Below are positions 14,656 through 24,559 of a stretch of 64,000 bases of DNA, one piece after another. The DNA comes from Klebsiella pneumoniae. GTDB lineage: Bacteria; Pseudomonadota; Gammaproteobacteria; Burkholderiales; UBA3065. Each line of letters opens with the position of its first letter. Positions within the stretch are counted from its first letter, which is position 1. The notes beneath the pieces were generated by a model. It saw only the letters and a program-made list of their open reading frames with translations. It did no database searches and was not told where the DNA came from. A program made the position numbers and the translations under genes. The stretch is from positions 19,526-83,525 of the forward strand of contig CAMDGF010000006.1 of the NCBI GenBank assembly GCA_945897555.1. Reading direction: 5' to 3'.

Positions 14656-15918
14656 ATGCCCCACACTCCGGACATCCTGCGCATCCGCCCCGACGACTAC
14701 GACCCCGATGACATGCCGGTGGATCGTGCGCGGCAATTCATCGTCGAGCGCCTCCAAGCCGTCGCGGACACCGAAAGATCGTCCATCCTCGAGGCACTCG
14801 ACCGCGTGCTGGCGAGCGACATCATCTCGCCGATGAACGTGCCCGGTCACGACAACTCGGCGATGGACGGTTATGCCCTGCGCCATGCCGACCTCGCCGC
14901 CCACGGTGCGACTTCGCTTGAGGTGATCGGCACCGCCTACGCAGGCAAGCCCTTCAATGGCAATGCCGGCTCCGGGCAGTGTGTACGCGTCATGACAGGC
15001 GCGCCCATCCCTGCAGGCTGCGATTGCGTCGTGATGCAGGAGAACGTGCTGGCAAAGGATGGCCGAGCCATCATCGGCCCTGGACACCGCCTGGGTCAGA
15101 ACATCCGCCATGCCGGCGAAGACCTTGCACAAGGCGCAGTGGCACTTGCCGCTGGCCGCGCCCTACGGCCCGCCGACCTCGGGCTGCTGGCCTCGCTCGG
15201 CATCGGCGAAGTCAAGGTGCGGCGGCGCCTGGTCGTGGCCATCTTCTCGACCGGCGACGAGCTCGTGCCGGTCGGGCAACGGCTCGGCGATGGCCAGATC
15301 CACGATTCGAACCGTTACAGCCTGCACGGCCTGCTGGCAAGGCTGGGCTGCGACGTGGTGGATCTCGGGCTGGTCCGCGACGACCCCGGCGCACTGGAGA
15401 CCGCCCTGCGCAAAGCCGCCTCGGGTGCCGACGCGGTGATCACCTCGGGTGGCGTGTCGGTCGGTGAGGCCGACTACACCCGCGAAGTGATGGCGCGCCT
15501 GGGCACCGTGCTGTTCTGGAAGATCGCCATGAAGCCCGGCCGCCCACTGGCTTACGGTGAGATCTCGGGCACGCCGTATTTTGGCCTGCCGGGCAACCCG
15601 GTGAGCGTGATGGTGACGTTCTACCAATTCGTGCGCGATGCGCTGCTGCGCCTGCAGGGCCGGGCCGCTGAGGCGCTCCCGTTGTTCACGGTGCGCTGCA
15701 CCAGCCCGCTCAAGAAGACGCCCGGGCGGACAGAGTTCCAACGCGGCATCCTGTGGCGAGAGGATCAAGAATGGGTGGTCGCGCCGACCGGCGAGCAAGG
15801 TTCGGGCATCCTCAGCTCGATGAGTCGCGCCAACTGCTTTATCGTGCTGGAACAAGGGCGCGGACGGGTCGAGGCAGGTGAGACGGTGCGCGTGCAGCCG
15901 TTCGACGGCATCGTCTGA
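14656..15918 (+). CDS. moeA: Molybdopterin molybdenumtransferase MoeA
   Basis: 420 aa with NSAMDGYA, TGAPIPAG, ITSGGVSVGEADY and GLPGNPVS motifs. Confidence 0.9.
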   Translation: MPHTPDILRIRPDDYDPDDMPVDRARQFIVERLQAVADTERSSILEALDRVLASDIISPMNVPGHDNSAMDGYALRHADLAAHGATSLEVIGTAYAGKPFNGNAGSGQCVRVMTGAPIPAGCDCVVMQENVLAKDGRAIIGPGHRLGQNIRHAGEDLAQGAVALAAGRALRPADLGLLASLGIGEVKVRRRLVVAIFSTGDELVPVGQRLGDGQIHDSNRYSLHGLLARLGCDVVDLGLVRDDPGALETALRKAASGADAVITSGGVSVGEADYTREVMARLGTVLFWKIAMKPGRPLAYGEISGTPYFGLPGNPVSVMVTFYQFVRDALLRLQGRAAEALPLFTVRCTSPLKKTPGRTEFQRGILWREDQEWVVAPTGEQGSGILSSMSRANCFIVLEQGRGRVEAGETVRVQPFDGIV

Positions 15919-15935
15919 CCAGCAGACTGCGGTTC

Positions 15936-16859
15936 TCAGGCGGCCGCGTTGGTGCCCGCTGGCGGGTCTGCAGGGGGCTCGACCGGTGGCTCCGGCACGC
16001 TTGCCGCGGCTGCGAGTGGGGTGTTCTCCAACCTCATCTCGCGTACCAGTTTGGCGGTAGGCACCTTGAGCATGCGGGCGATGTCGCGCAGCTCGTCTTG
16101 CAACATATTGATATTGCGCGAATCCGCCAACTTTCTCGAAAAATCCACACCCCGCGCCACGAGCTGGGAGCTGGGAGTCTGCTCAGCGGGAGTCGGCTTG
16201 ATCAGCGTCGTCACCAGGTCGGAGAGTTTGAAGCGCCGTAGCAATTTGTTCTCGAGTTCATCCCACTCAAAGCCGAACTCCATCCAGCGCGTCAGCGTGA
16301 TCTTGCGCCGTGGGTTCTCGCGCACCACCGACTCGAACTGGATCATCTTCTCGGGCGCGTAGATCCACGCCAGCAGGTCGGCGATCTCGTAGAGCAGCGC
16401 CGCCACCACGCAGGCCCCCTCGTTGCGGTCGTTGCGCATGCGTGCCCATTGCCGGAGGAACATGCCGGCGCGGCGCGCCCGCGCGGCCGCTCTCAAGGTG
16501 CCGAGCAACGCCTCCGGCCGCTTGGCGAGCATCGCATCGACGGTCTGGAAGGTCATCGCCTTGCGGACGAAATTCACGCAGCCGAGCATCAACAGCGCCT
16601 CTTCGACACTCTCGATCTGCGTCGGGCGGCTGCTCTGAAAACGTCCCACCACCATCATCAGGTTGAGGGTGAGCATCGGGTCGCTCTCCACGACATCGGC
16701 CACCGTGCGCACCGGAATGTCGTAGATGGCATCCTGGAACCGCGACAGGTCGTCGAGCGAGCGCTTGAGCACTGGCGGCGAGCCGCGAGCAAGGATGTTG
16801 ACCCAGGCATCGGGCGCCTTGGGCCAGGTCGTTACGGAATCGTCAGAGGCCTCTGCCAT
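15936..16859 (-). CDS. HDOD-domain protein, paralog 1 (HD dyad replaced by YE)
   Basis: 307 aa. HDOD-like layout: PPVLKRSLDDL.., VESDPMLTLNLM, EEALLMLG, AALLYEIADLLAWIYAP. About 35-40 percent identical by eye to the neighbouring paralog. Confidence 0.7.
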   Translation of the reverse strand: MAEASDDSVTTWPKAPDAWVNILARGSPPVLKRSLDDLSRFQDAIYDIPVRTVADVVESDPMLTLNLMMVVGRFQSSRPTQIESVEEALLMLGCVNFVRKAMTFQTVDAMLAKRPEALLGTLRAAARARRAGMFLRQWARMRNDRNEGACVVAALLYEIADLLAWIYAPEKMIQFESVVRENPRRKITLTRWMEFGFEWDELENKLLRRFKLSDLVTTLIKPTPAEQTPSSQLVARGVDFSRKLADSRNINMLQDELRDIARMLKVPTAKLVREMRLENTPLAAAASVPEPPVEPPADPPAGTNAAA

Positions 16860-17048
16860 CTGCCATCGATCCTGCTTTGAGGTGCGTTACGTCGTCAGCA
16901 AAGGCCCATGCCAAAACCCCCACAGGCCACCAAGCTGCACAATTTACTACCATAAGCGGCGTGATGCTTGACCAAGCACCGACCGCATCCTTTTCATTTG
17001 GCAAAAGCCTTTTTGTATCGGCCAAGCTGCTGGCGCCATTCGTTGCCA

Positions 17049-17900
17049 TCAAGCCTCCGGCTCTACCATCTGGGGGGGCAGGTCGACCCCGAGGCGGATC
17101 GCTACCGCCACCAGAGGGATCTTGAGCAACTCACTCACTCCGCGCAGATCGTCAGGGATGGCAGGGTCGTCCCAACCGCGCTGAGAATGCCGGGCCAGAG
17201 AGGAGGCCAGCCGCACCGTGCGATGGCTTGGATGGACCGTCGGCTGCTCATCGTCCATCAATTCCACCAGGTATTCCGGCGCCTGCCATGCGCGGTTGAG
17301 AGCCAATTTGAGGGCGTTGAAGGTGAAACCGAACAACTGGGCCTGGACGTCAGCGGTGCGCCGCCGTGGGTTGGCCTTGCAGGTCTCGTCCAGCCTGAGC
17401 ATGGTGTCCGGGGCATAGATCCAAGCCATCAGTTCGGCGATGTCGTGCAGCAGCGCTGCCGTGGCGATCTCAAAAACATGCAGGTCGTTGCGGAACACTG
17501 CCCAATCCGTTGCAAAGCGCGCCGCGTTGCGCGAGCGTCCCGCCACTCGCAAGGCACCCACCAATGCCTCACGCTTGTCGGCAAGCAGGTCCTCAACGGT
17601 CATCACCCGCGTGAAGGTCTCGAGGAAACGCACCACGCCGATCATCAGCAGCGCCTGCTCGGTGGTCTCGATGTCGTGTGTCGCCGAACTGCCGCGGCGC
17701 ACCTTGGCCACGTAGACCAGAAGCCGACACGTCATCAGGGGGTCGTTCTGGACCGCCGCCGCCACCTGACGCACGCTCACGCGTTCAAGGTCACCGCGCA
17801 TCAGGTCGAGTTCCTGGGCCGTGCGACGCAAGACGGGTATCTCGGACCGTGCCAAGCGGTCGACCCAAGCTTCCAGCGAGTTCGAGTGAGCGATGTCCAA
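17049..17900 (-). CDS. HDOD-domain protein, paralog 2 (retains LLHDIAEL)
   Basis: 283 aa with IPVLRRTAQEL, VQNDPLMTCRLL, EQALLMIG and AALLHDIAELMAWIYAP. Lies 75 nt downstream of flgL on the same strand. Confidence 0.7.
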   Translation of the reverse strand: MDIAHSNSLEAWVDRLARSEIPVLRRTAQELDLMRGDLERVSVRQVAAAVQNDPLMTCRLLVYVAKVRRGSSATHDIETTEQALLMIGVVRFLETFTRVMTVEDLLADKREALVGALRVAGRSRNAARFATDWAVFRNDLHVFEIATAALLHDIAELMAWIYAPDTMLRLDETCKANPRRRTADVQAQLFGFTFNALKLALNRAWQAPEYLVELMDDEQPTVHPSHRTVRLASSLARHSQRGWDDPAIPDDLRGVSELLKIPLVAVAIRLGVDLPPQMVEPEA

Positions 17901-17975
17901 GCTGAGGCTCCGTGAAGGCGGTCTGCACCGCCGCTGCCCGACTCTAGCGCCCCTCAGCCCGGCTACACCACCCCG

Positions 17976-18953
17976 TCAGAGGAACTTGAATAAACTCAGA
18001 TCCTGAATGCGTGCGTAAGAACCCCGCGCCGCCTCGAGGATGGTCTGCTGCTGCGTGAAACGCGTGATGGCCTCGGAGATGTCGACATCCTCGATCTCCG
18101 ACTTGAGCTTGAGCAGCGACAGCTTGGAGTTCTCGGTGGCGTTCTCGGTGGCGTCGATCTCGACCAGCCGCGCACCGATGTCGGCACGTGCACTAAAGGC
18201 TTGCTGCGAGAACTTCCCCAGACGACCGAGGATGTCACCGATCGCGTCGGCCATGGTCTCGCCCGGGGCCAAAGTGCCGTTGCCCACGTCGACGAGTTTT
18301 TGCATGGTCGCAAACACCGAATCGTCGACATCACCATCGTTGTCGTTGTCGCTAAAGAAGATCTTGTCGCCGGTGATATTGGTCGGAAAATCATTTCGGG
18401 CCTCGGTGATGGAAGTCAATCGCACCTCGCTATCACCCTCGTAAGACCACACCAATGACGTGACGGGATTGCCGTTGACGTCGACGTCGCCAGCCACAGC
18501 GGCCCGCGAAGCCACTGGCGTGGTCTCAGTCTTGAAGCCGGCGAACATCCGTGCCCCGTCCGGATCGACCGCATTGGCCAGCGATTGCATCGACAGCAGG
18601 ACGGCCTCGACCTCCTTGGCCACACTCTGGCGCGCGCCCGCATCCAAAGAACCGTTACCCATCTGGACAGCCAACTCGCGCGCGCGCACCGCCGCATTGC
18701 CAAAGTTCCCCAACACGGTGTCGGTGACCTCCAGCCGAGAGCGGACGGTGGTGATGGTGCGCAAGAACTGATCGTATTCGCCAATGGTCTGGTTGGCCCG
18801 CAGCACCTGAACAGCGCCCGATGGGTTGTCTGCCGCACTCTGCAGCTTCTTTTGCGTGATCAGCTCGCTCTGCGCGCGCAACATGCGCACCCCGGCCAGC
18901 TGCATGCCGTAGAGGTTGGTGTCGAAGAACTGGTTGGTCGAGATGCGGGTCAT
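17976..18953 (-). CDS. flgL: Flagellar hook-associated protein 3 FlgL
   Basis: MTRISTNQFFDTNLYGMQ.. N-terminus and flagellin-like C-terminus (..ARGSYARIQDLSLFKFL). Start moved to the ATG at 18953, after the flgK stop at 18979. Confidence 0.85.
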   Translation of the reverse strand: MTRISTNQFFDTNLYGMQLAGVRMLRAQSELITQKKLQSAADNPSGAVQVLRANQTIGEYDQFLRTITTVRSRLEVTDTVLGNFGNAAVRARELAVQMGNGSLDAGARQSVAKEVEAVLLSMQSLANAVDPDGARMFAGFKTETTPVASRAAVAGDVDVNGNPVTSLVWSYEGDSEVRLTSITEARNDFPTNITGDKIFFSDNDNDGDVDDSVFATMQKLVDVGNGTLAPGETMADAIGDILGRLGKFSQQAFSARADIGARLVEIDATENATENSKLSLLKLKSEIEDVDISEAITRFTQQQTILEAARGSYARIQDLSLFKFL

Positions 18954-18978
18954 GGTGTGGGGGTCTTTTGCGCTTGTG

Positions 18979-20811
18979 TCAGATGTCGAGCAGCGACTGC
19001 AGCAACGTGCCCGCCAGGGCGATGAGTTTGGCCGAGGCTTGGTAGGCCTGCTGAAAACGCAACAGACTGGCTGCCTCTTCGTCAAGATTGACGCCCGACA
19101 AGGACTGTTGCTGATCGGTCAATTGACGCACCAGCGCGGTCTGTGCGGTGCCACGCAGTTTGGCCGACTCGGCCTGAACACCGACCGTCCCTGCGATCTC
19201 CGAGAACGCTTCGGTAAAGGTGGACGCTTCACCGGGGTCGGCCGAGCCGATCCGCCCGGCGCGCTGCAGATCGGCCAGAGCCTGAGCATTACGGCCGTCA
19301 CCCGGTCGCACCACGCCACCAACCAGATCGGCGGCCGCGGCGATGTCGCGCGGGTCGCTCAAGCCCAGCTTCATGAGTCCGGCAAAACCCGCCGTCGGGC
19401 GCACCTCGAAGGCATCGCCGGGACGCAAGGCTGTTACATCGTCGATCAGCAAGCGGATGCCCTCGAACTCAAGGCGGCCACTGTTGCCGGTACCGGCGGT
19501 GTAGGCACTCGCAGCGAGCTCCACCTGACGCCCGCCAAACAGCGATGTGACGGTGAAATCGGCCGAGTCGACGACGCCGTCACCGTCGTCGCGGTAGACG
19601 ATGGAATAGTTGTCACCGGTGATCTGACGTACGTTGTTCAAGCGAGTGTCGAGCGAAGCGGCCGCATCGACGGGGATGGTGTAGCGCATCTGCGCTGTCC
19701 CGTCGTTCTGCGTCGAGGACTGCACGCGCCGCCCGGCCGTCTCGGAATAGTCGGTACTGATGTCGTAGAGTTGCGCTTGGTCGAGGATCGTCTCGGCGGT
19801 GCTATTGGTCTGGTTCTCGTCAAACAGAAAGATGTCCCGCCCAGCTGCCCCACTCAGATCAAAGCCCGACTTGTGCAGTTCGTTCACCTCAGCGGAGAGC
19901 GAGAGCGCCAGACGGCCGAGCTGCGCCTCGGTGTAATCGAGCGTCTCACGACGCATCTCGAACAGCCCGCCGAGTGTGCCGCGCGTCACGGTCGTCTCAT
20001 TGATGCGTGTCGTTACGCCGCCGATCTCGATGTAGAGCGTGAGGTTTGCAGGGGAAGTCTCGGACGGTCGCGCTGATACCCTGGCTGCACGGCCACTTTC
20101 CACCAGCGTTCTGCCATCGGCGATCTGCACCGAGACAGTACCGTCAGGCTGAGTGAAAGCGCTCGAATTGACCAGCGTGCCGATGCGGTTGACCAGCCGG
20201 TCACGACTGTCCAACAGGTCGGGGGATGGGCCCGTGGTCGACGTCTGCCCCTGCTCGACGATCAGGACATTGATCCGCGCAAGATTGGTCGCGGCATCGT
20301 CAAGCTGGGTGATCGCAGACGATAAGCCGTTGTCGAGGCTGTCGCGGATGATGTCAAGGCGGCGCTGCAGAGTGGCAAAGGCGCCTGCCATCGCCGCGCC
20401 TGTCGCAAGCACCAGCTGGCGTTGCGGCTGCGAAGTGGGTGCCCCGGCCAGCTGCGTGAACCCTCCAAAGAAGGCCTGCGACGCGGAGGCCAGCGTCTCG
20501 CCGCCATCCTGCAGCAGACTCGAGATCTGATTGACCTGCTGCTGCAGCGTGTCGAGATACGCCTCTTCCGACTTGGCCTCTTGCAGTTGCTTCTCGACGA
20601 ACCGGTCGACGACTCGCTCCACAGTCTGCACGTCGACACCGCGGCCTACAAAGAACCCGCCGCGCAGCAGCGACTCTTGCGTCGCCAACACCGCGCGCTG
20701 GCGGTGATAGCCATCGACCGTCGCATTGGCGAGGTTGTGTCCCGCAGTCTCGAGCTGGACCTGGTTGGCGAACAGGCCGCTCAAACCGGAGTTGATGATG
20801 CCTGCCGTCAT
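18979..20811 (-). CDS. flgK: Flagellar hook-associated protein 1 FlgK
   Basis: 610 aa. N-terminus INSGLSGLFANQVQLETAGHNLANATVDGYHRQ. C-terminus GVNLDEEAASLLRFQQAYQASAKLI. Confidence 0.9.
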   Translation of the reverse strand: MTAGIINSGLSGLFANQVQLETAGHNLANATVDGYHRQRAVLATQESLLRGGFFVGRGVDVQTVERVVDRFVEKQLQEAKSEEAYLDTLQQQVNQISSLLQDGGETLASASQAFFGGFTQLAGAPTSQPQRQLVLATGAAMAGAFATLQRRLDIIRDSLDNGLSSAITQLDDAATNLARINVLIVEQGQTSTTGPSPDLLDSRDRLVNRIGTLVNSSAFTQPDGTVSVQIADGRTLVESGRAARVSARPSETSPANLTLYIEIGGVTTRINETTVTRGTLGGLFEMRRETLDYTEAQLGRLALSLSAEVNELHKSGFDLSGAAGRDIFLFDENQTNSTAETILDQAQLYDISTDYSETAGRRVQSSTQNDGTAQMRYTIPVDAAASLDTRLNNVRQITGDNYSIVYRDDGDGVVDSADFTVTSLFGGRQVELAASAYTAGTGNSGRLEFEGIRLLIDDVTALRPGDAFEVRPTAGFAGLMKLGLSDPRDIAAAADLVGGVVRPGDGRNAQALADLQRAGRIGSADPGEASTFTEAFSEIAGTVGVQAESAKLRGTAQTALVRQLTDQQQSLSGVNLDEEAASLLRFQQAYQASAKLIALAGTLLQSLLDI

Positions 20812-20830
20812 GTGTCTCCCCTATGTGTCA

Positions 20831-21193
20831 TTAACGGCTGGCTGGGGTGCCATCTTGAGCGGTCTGGGGGCCGACGCCGCGGCCAAACTCGATCTGCTTG
20901 AGCAGCGAATCGGCCAGCCCGATGCCCCCACTCTTGGCCAGGTACAAGCCGAGCCTCTGGTCGGCCATATCGTTCCAAGCCTGCGCCTGAGGGGTGTCGA
21001 ACATGCCACCCGGCATGATCGGCTTGCGCATCTGCTTGATCATCTGCGTCAGCAGGATCGCCTCGAACTGCTCGGCGACGCTGCGGACGGCTGCTGCCTC
21101 GCCGTTCGCCGCGTCGCGCTGCAGCGTCCGGATCTGCCGCGGATCGAGCAGATCGACATTGGGCGCGGGTGCGCGTACCAGCGGCTCGGCCAT
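20831..21193 (-). CDS. flgJ: FlgJ, rod-binding domain only (no muramidase domain)
   Basis: 120 aa with VAEQFEAILLTQMIKQMRK..GGIGLADSLLKQI. Only 19 nt separate its stop from the flgK start. Confidence 0.8.
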   Translation of the reverse strand: MAEPLVRAPAPNVDLLDPRQIRTLQRDAANGEAAAVRSVAEQFEAILLTQMIKQMRKPIMPGGMFDTPQAQAWNDMADQRLGLYLAKSGGIGLADSLLKQIEFGRGVGPQTAQDGTPASR

Positions 21194-22296
21194 CAGATGA
21201 TCTCCAGCTCGGCGCGCAGGGCGCCAGCCGATTTCATCGCCTGCAGGATGCCCAGCAGGTCCTGTGGGGTGGCGCCGACCGCGTTGAGGGCACGCACCAC
21301 ATCGTTGAGCGAAGGCGCCGCCGGCATGCTGATGACCTTGCCCTGATCACTCTTGATCTCGACACGCGCCTGCTCGGTGGCCACCGTCTGGCCGCCAGAG
21401 AATGGCCCGGGCTGGCTGACCAGCGGCTGTGTCTGCACCGACACGGTGAGATTGCCGTGCGACACCGCGCAAGGGGCGAGCGTGACCAGCTGGTTCATCA
21501 CCACGCTGCCGGTGCGTGCATTCATGATGACCTTGGGTGCAGCCTCACCGCTCGTCACCGGAAGGTTCTCGAGTTGCGACAAGAAGGTCACGCGTTGCGT
21601 CGGATCGGACGGTGCGGCGACGCGCACCTGGCGCCCATCCACTGCGGTCGCCACGCCTTCGCCAAAGGCCCGGTTGATGGCCTGGATGACGCGCGCGACG
21701 GTGGTGAAATCGGTCGCCTGCGATTCGAGGTGAACAAAGCTGCCCTGACCCACCGGCGTCGGCACCGCCCGCTCGACCGTCGCACCGGCCGGGATGCGGC
21801 CAGCCGAGAGGTGGTTCACGGTGGTACTGGTGCCGCCCGACGATGCGCCCGCCCCTGGCACCAACAGGCTGCCCTGGGCGATGGCGTAGGTCTGCGAATC
21901 GGCGCCCTTGAGCGGCGTCATGAGCAGCGTGCCGCCTCGCAAGCTGCGGGCGTTGCCCATCGAGGATACCGTCACGTCGATCTGTTGGCCGGGCTTGGAG
22001 AACGCCGGCAGGGTCGCCGTAACCACCACCGCGGCAACGTTCTTCAGCTGTGGGTTGGTACCCGGCGGCACCTGGACGCCGAGGCTCGACAGCATGCTGT
22101 TGATGGTCTGGATGGTGAACGGCGTCTGCGTCGTCTGGTCGCCGGTGCCATCGAGGCCGACGACGATGCCGTAGCCCACCAGCTGGTTGTTGCGCACCCC
22201 CTGCACCGACATCAGGTCCTTGATGCGCTCCGCAGCAAAGGCGTCGACCGCCAGAAACAGGGCTAAAAGGGGCAGAAGAATGCGGGCGAGGGTCAT
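21193..22296 (-). CDS. flgI: Flagellar P-ring protein FlgI
   Basis: 367 aa. Signal peptide, then [31 protein letters not shown]. Confidence 0.95.
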   Translation of the reverse strand: MTLARILLPLLALFLAVDAFAAERIKDLMSVQGVRNNQLVGYGIVVGLDGTGDQTTQTPFTIQTINSMLSSLGVQVPPGTNPQLKNVAAVVVTATLPAFSKPGQQIDVTVSSMGNARSLRGGTLLMTPLKGADSQTYAIAQGSLLVPGAGASSGGTSTTVNHLSAGRIPAGATVERAVPTPVGQGSFVHLESQATDFTTVARVIQAINRAFGEGVATAVDGRQVRVAAPSDPTQRVTFLSQLENLPVTSGEAAPKVIMNARTGSVVMNQLVTLAPCAVSHGNLTVSVQTQPLVSQPGPFSGGQTVATEQARVEIKSDQGKVISMPAAPSLNDVVRALNAVGATPQDLLGILQAMKSAGALRAELEII

Positions 22297-22304
22297 GGTG
22301 GGCC

Positions 22305-22985
22305 TTAGAAGAGCGTTGCCGCCTTGAGGAAGAAGCGCATCAGCCCGCCGATGATGGCGTTGTCGCCGAGCGCTCCGTCCTCGCGGTACTCGAGCCGGGC
22401 GTTGGCGACCGCGGTGGACTGGATGGTGTTGTCCGGGCGCACGTTGACCGGGTTGACGATGCCGGAGAAGCGCAGGTGCTGGACGCCGTAGTTAATCTGG
22501 ATCTGCTTGTCGCCGGAGACCAGCAAGTTGCCGTTGGGCAGCACTTCGGCGACCGTGGTGGCGATGGTGCCGGTGAAGGCACCCCGCTGCGACGACGTGC
22601 CGTTGTTGTTGGCGGCGTTGTTCTCTTCGGCGTTGAAGCTGAGACCCTGCAGGGTCTTCAGCGGCAAGCCCGATACAGCCCCCACCGACTCGCTGATGGA
22701 TTCCTTGCGCGCCAGGGTCGTGGCTGCCTGCTTGCTGCTGGTCACGGTCTCCTGCAGCAGGACGGTGATGACATCGCCAACGAAGCGCGCGCGGCGGTCG
22801 TCGAACAAAGTGCGCTGCCGCAGATCCGGCCGGTAGATGGCGCCGGTGGCCTGCGGTGGCGGCATATCCACCGGCGGCCGAGTCATGGGTGCGGCCAGTT
22901 GCCGCACCTCGCTGCGGTTGGCACAACCCGCGAGGCTGGCCAGCACCAACAGGCAGGGGATGAGCGCGCGCGCAAGGTTCTTCAT
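22305..22985 (-). CDS. flgH: Flagellar L-ring lipoprotein FlgH
   Basis: Lipobox LASLAGC. Motifs [17 protein letters not shown] and [15 protein letters not shown]. The ATG at 22985 overlaps the flgG stop by 1 nt. Confidence 0.9.
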   Translation of the reverse strand: MKNLARALIPCLLVLASLAGCANRSEVRQLAAPMTRPPVDMPPPQATGAIYRPDLRQRTLFDDRRARFVGDVITVLLQETVTSSKQAATTLARKESISESVGAVSGLPLKTLQGLSFNAEENNAANNNGTSSQRGAFTGTIATTVAEVLPNGNLLVSGDKQIQINYGVQHLRFSGIVNPVNVRPDNTIQSTAVANARLEYREDGALGDNAIIGGLMRFFLKAATLF

Positions 22986-23767
22986 CACAGTTGCCCCAGC
23001 CGTTGCAGGATGTCGTCGGAAGCGGAGATCGAGCGCGAGGCGATCTCGAAGGCTCGCTGCGCGGTGATCAGGTTCACCAACTCCTCGGCCACATTCACGT
23101 TCGAGTTCTCAAGGTTCTTGTGCGCGATCTCGCCCAGCCCGTTGATGCCGGGCTGGCCAACGATCGGCTGACCGCTGGCCGTGCTCTCGACAAACAGATT
23201 GCCGCCAATGGCGCGCAACCCGGCCGGGTTGATGAAGGTGGCGATCTGGATCGGCGCCAATTGTTGGATGGCGCCCTGCCCATCCAGCGCGGTACCGGTG
23301 CCGTCTCGCGCGTAGACGATGGTTTCCGGCGTCACCCCCTGCACAGTGACGGCCGGTTGCACCGGAAAGCCGTCCGAGTTCACCAAGGTGCCCTCGTTAT
23401 TGAGCTTGAAGGTGCCGTCACGCGTGTAGGCCACCGTGCCGTTCGGCAGCAGGATCTGGAAGAAGCCCGCTCCGCTGATGGCGAAGTCGAAGGTATTGCC
23501 GGTCACCACAGAGGTGCCCTGCGTGAAGTTACGCGAAGTGCCCGTGACCTGCGAACCGTTGCCCAATTGCAGCCCGGTGGGCAGGAAGGTGGTCTGCGAG
23601 CTCGCAGCACCGGGAGCGCGCACCGTGTCGTAAACGAGGTCCTGAAAGACCGCGCGCGTGCGCTTGAAACCCGACGTGTTGAGGTTGGCGAGGTTGTTGC
23701 TGACCACGTCGAGCATGGTCTGCTGGGCCTCGAGGCCAGTCTTGGCTACAGCGAGCGAGCGGAGCAT
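22985..23767 (-). CDS. flgG: Flagellar distal rod protein FlgG
   Basis: 260 aa: MLRSLAVAKTGLEAQQTMLDVVSNNLANLNTSGFKR .. NVNVAEELVNLITAQRAFE. Confidence 0.95.
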   Translation of the reverse strand: MLRSLAVAKTGLEAQQTMLDVVSNNLANLNTSGFKRTRAVFQDLVYDTVRAPGAASSQTTFLPTGLQLGNGSQVTGTSRNFTQGTSVVTGNTFDFAISGAGFFQILLPNGTVAYTRDGTFKLNNEGTLVNSDGFPVQPAVTVQGVTPETIVYARDGTGTALDGQGAIQQLAPIQIATFINPAGLRAIGGNLFVESTASGQPIVGQPGINGLGEIAHKNLENSNVNVAEELVNLITAQRAFEIASRSISASDDILQRLGQL

Positions 23768-23795
23768 CGTTGGCTTTCCTTTGAGGTGGCCGACA

Positions 23796-24539
23796 TCAGC
23801 CGATGTTGAGCAACTTGGCAGCAGACTCGGCGCTGGTGTTCAGGCGCTGGATCAATTGCATGTTCAGATCGAAGGCGCGGGCATTGCGGATGGTGGCCAT
23901 CAGGCCATCCACAGGGCTCACGTTGCTGTCCTCGAGCGCGCCCTGCCGCACCTCGATGCCCACAGCCGCTGGCAATGGTTGCCTATCAAAAGTGCGGAAT
24001 AACCCATCTGCGCCGCGGGACAAGGTCTGCGGGTCGGGGTTGACCAGTTTCAGGCGCCCCAGCACCGCGATCTCGTTGAACGGGGCCGTCTGCGGCAGTG
24101 CGGAGACGGTGCCATCCTGGCCGATCTCGATCTTGCGGTCGGCCGGCATCACCAGGGGGCCCGCTTCGCCCAGCACGATGCGGCCCTGACGGTCTACAAG
24201 CGTGCCATCCCCCCGCAAGCTGAGGTCGCCGGCCCGCGTGTAGGCCTCGCGGCCGTCGGGGCCCTCGACCACCAGGAAACCCGCGCTGCCGAGTGCCACG
24301 TCGAAGGTGCCGCCGGTGGTCCGCACGGGCCCCTGGCGAAAATCGATCGCGGCGGTCGAATCCACCGAATAGATGCGTGTGGGCAGACTGGCCCCGCCCT
24401 CGGTCGGCACCGTGCGAAACGCGTGCAGCGCCGATTTGAAGCCGGTGGTGCCGGTGTTGGCCAAGTTGTTGGCATTGGCGGCCTCTTGCAGCGTGGTGTT
24501 GCGCGCTGCAGTCATTGCTACCCAGAGGGCGCGGTCCAT
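23796..24539 (-). CDS. flgF: Flagellar proximal rod protein FlgF
   Basis: 247 aa: MDRALWVAMTAARNTTLQEAANANNLANTGTTGFK .. LEDSNVSPVDGLMATIRNARAFD. Confidence 0.9.
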   Translation of the reverse strand: MDRALWVAMTAARNTTLQEAANANNLANTGTTGFKSALHAFRTVPTEGGASLPTRIYSVDSTAAIDFRQGPVRTTGGTFDVALGSAGFLVVEGPDGREAYTRAGDLSLRGDGTLVDRQGRIVLGEAGPLVMPADRKIEIGQDGTVSALPQTAPFNEIAVLGRLKLVNPDPQTLSRGADGLFRTFDRQPLPAAVGIEVRQGALEDSNVSPVDGLMATIRNARAFDLNMQLIQRLNTSAESAAKLLNIG

Positions 24540-24559
24540 GATCGGTCAGTCGCCTACGC

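Noticed and set aside
17015-17022. A GCCGATAC element (minus strand) resembling a sigma28 -10 box, about 155 nt upstream of the first HDOD gene.
   Set aside because: No TAAAG/TCAAG-like -35 element lies at the required 14-15 nt spacing. A single 8-mer is insufficient.
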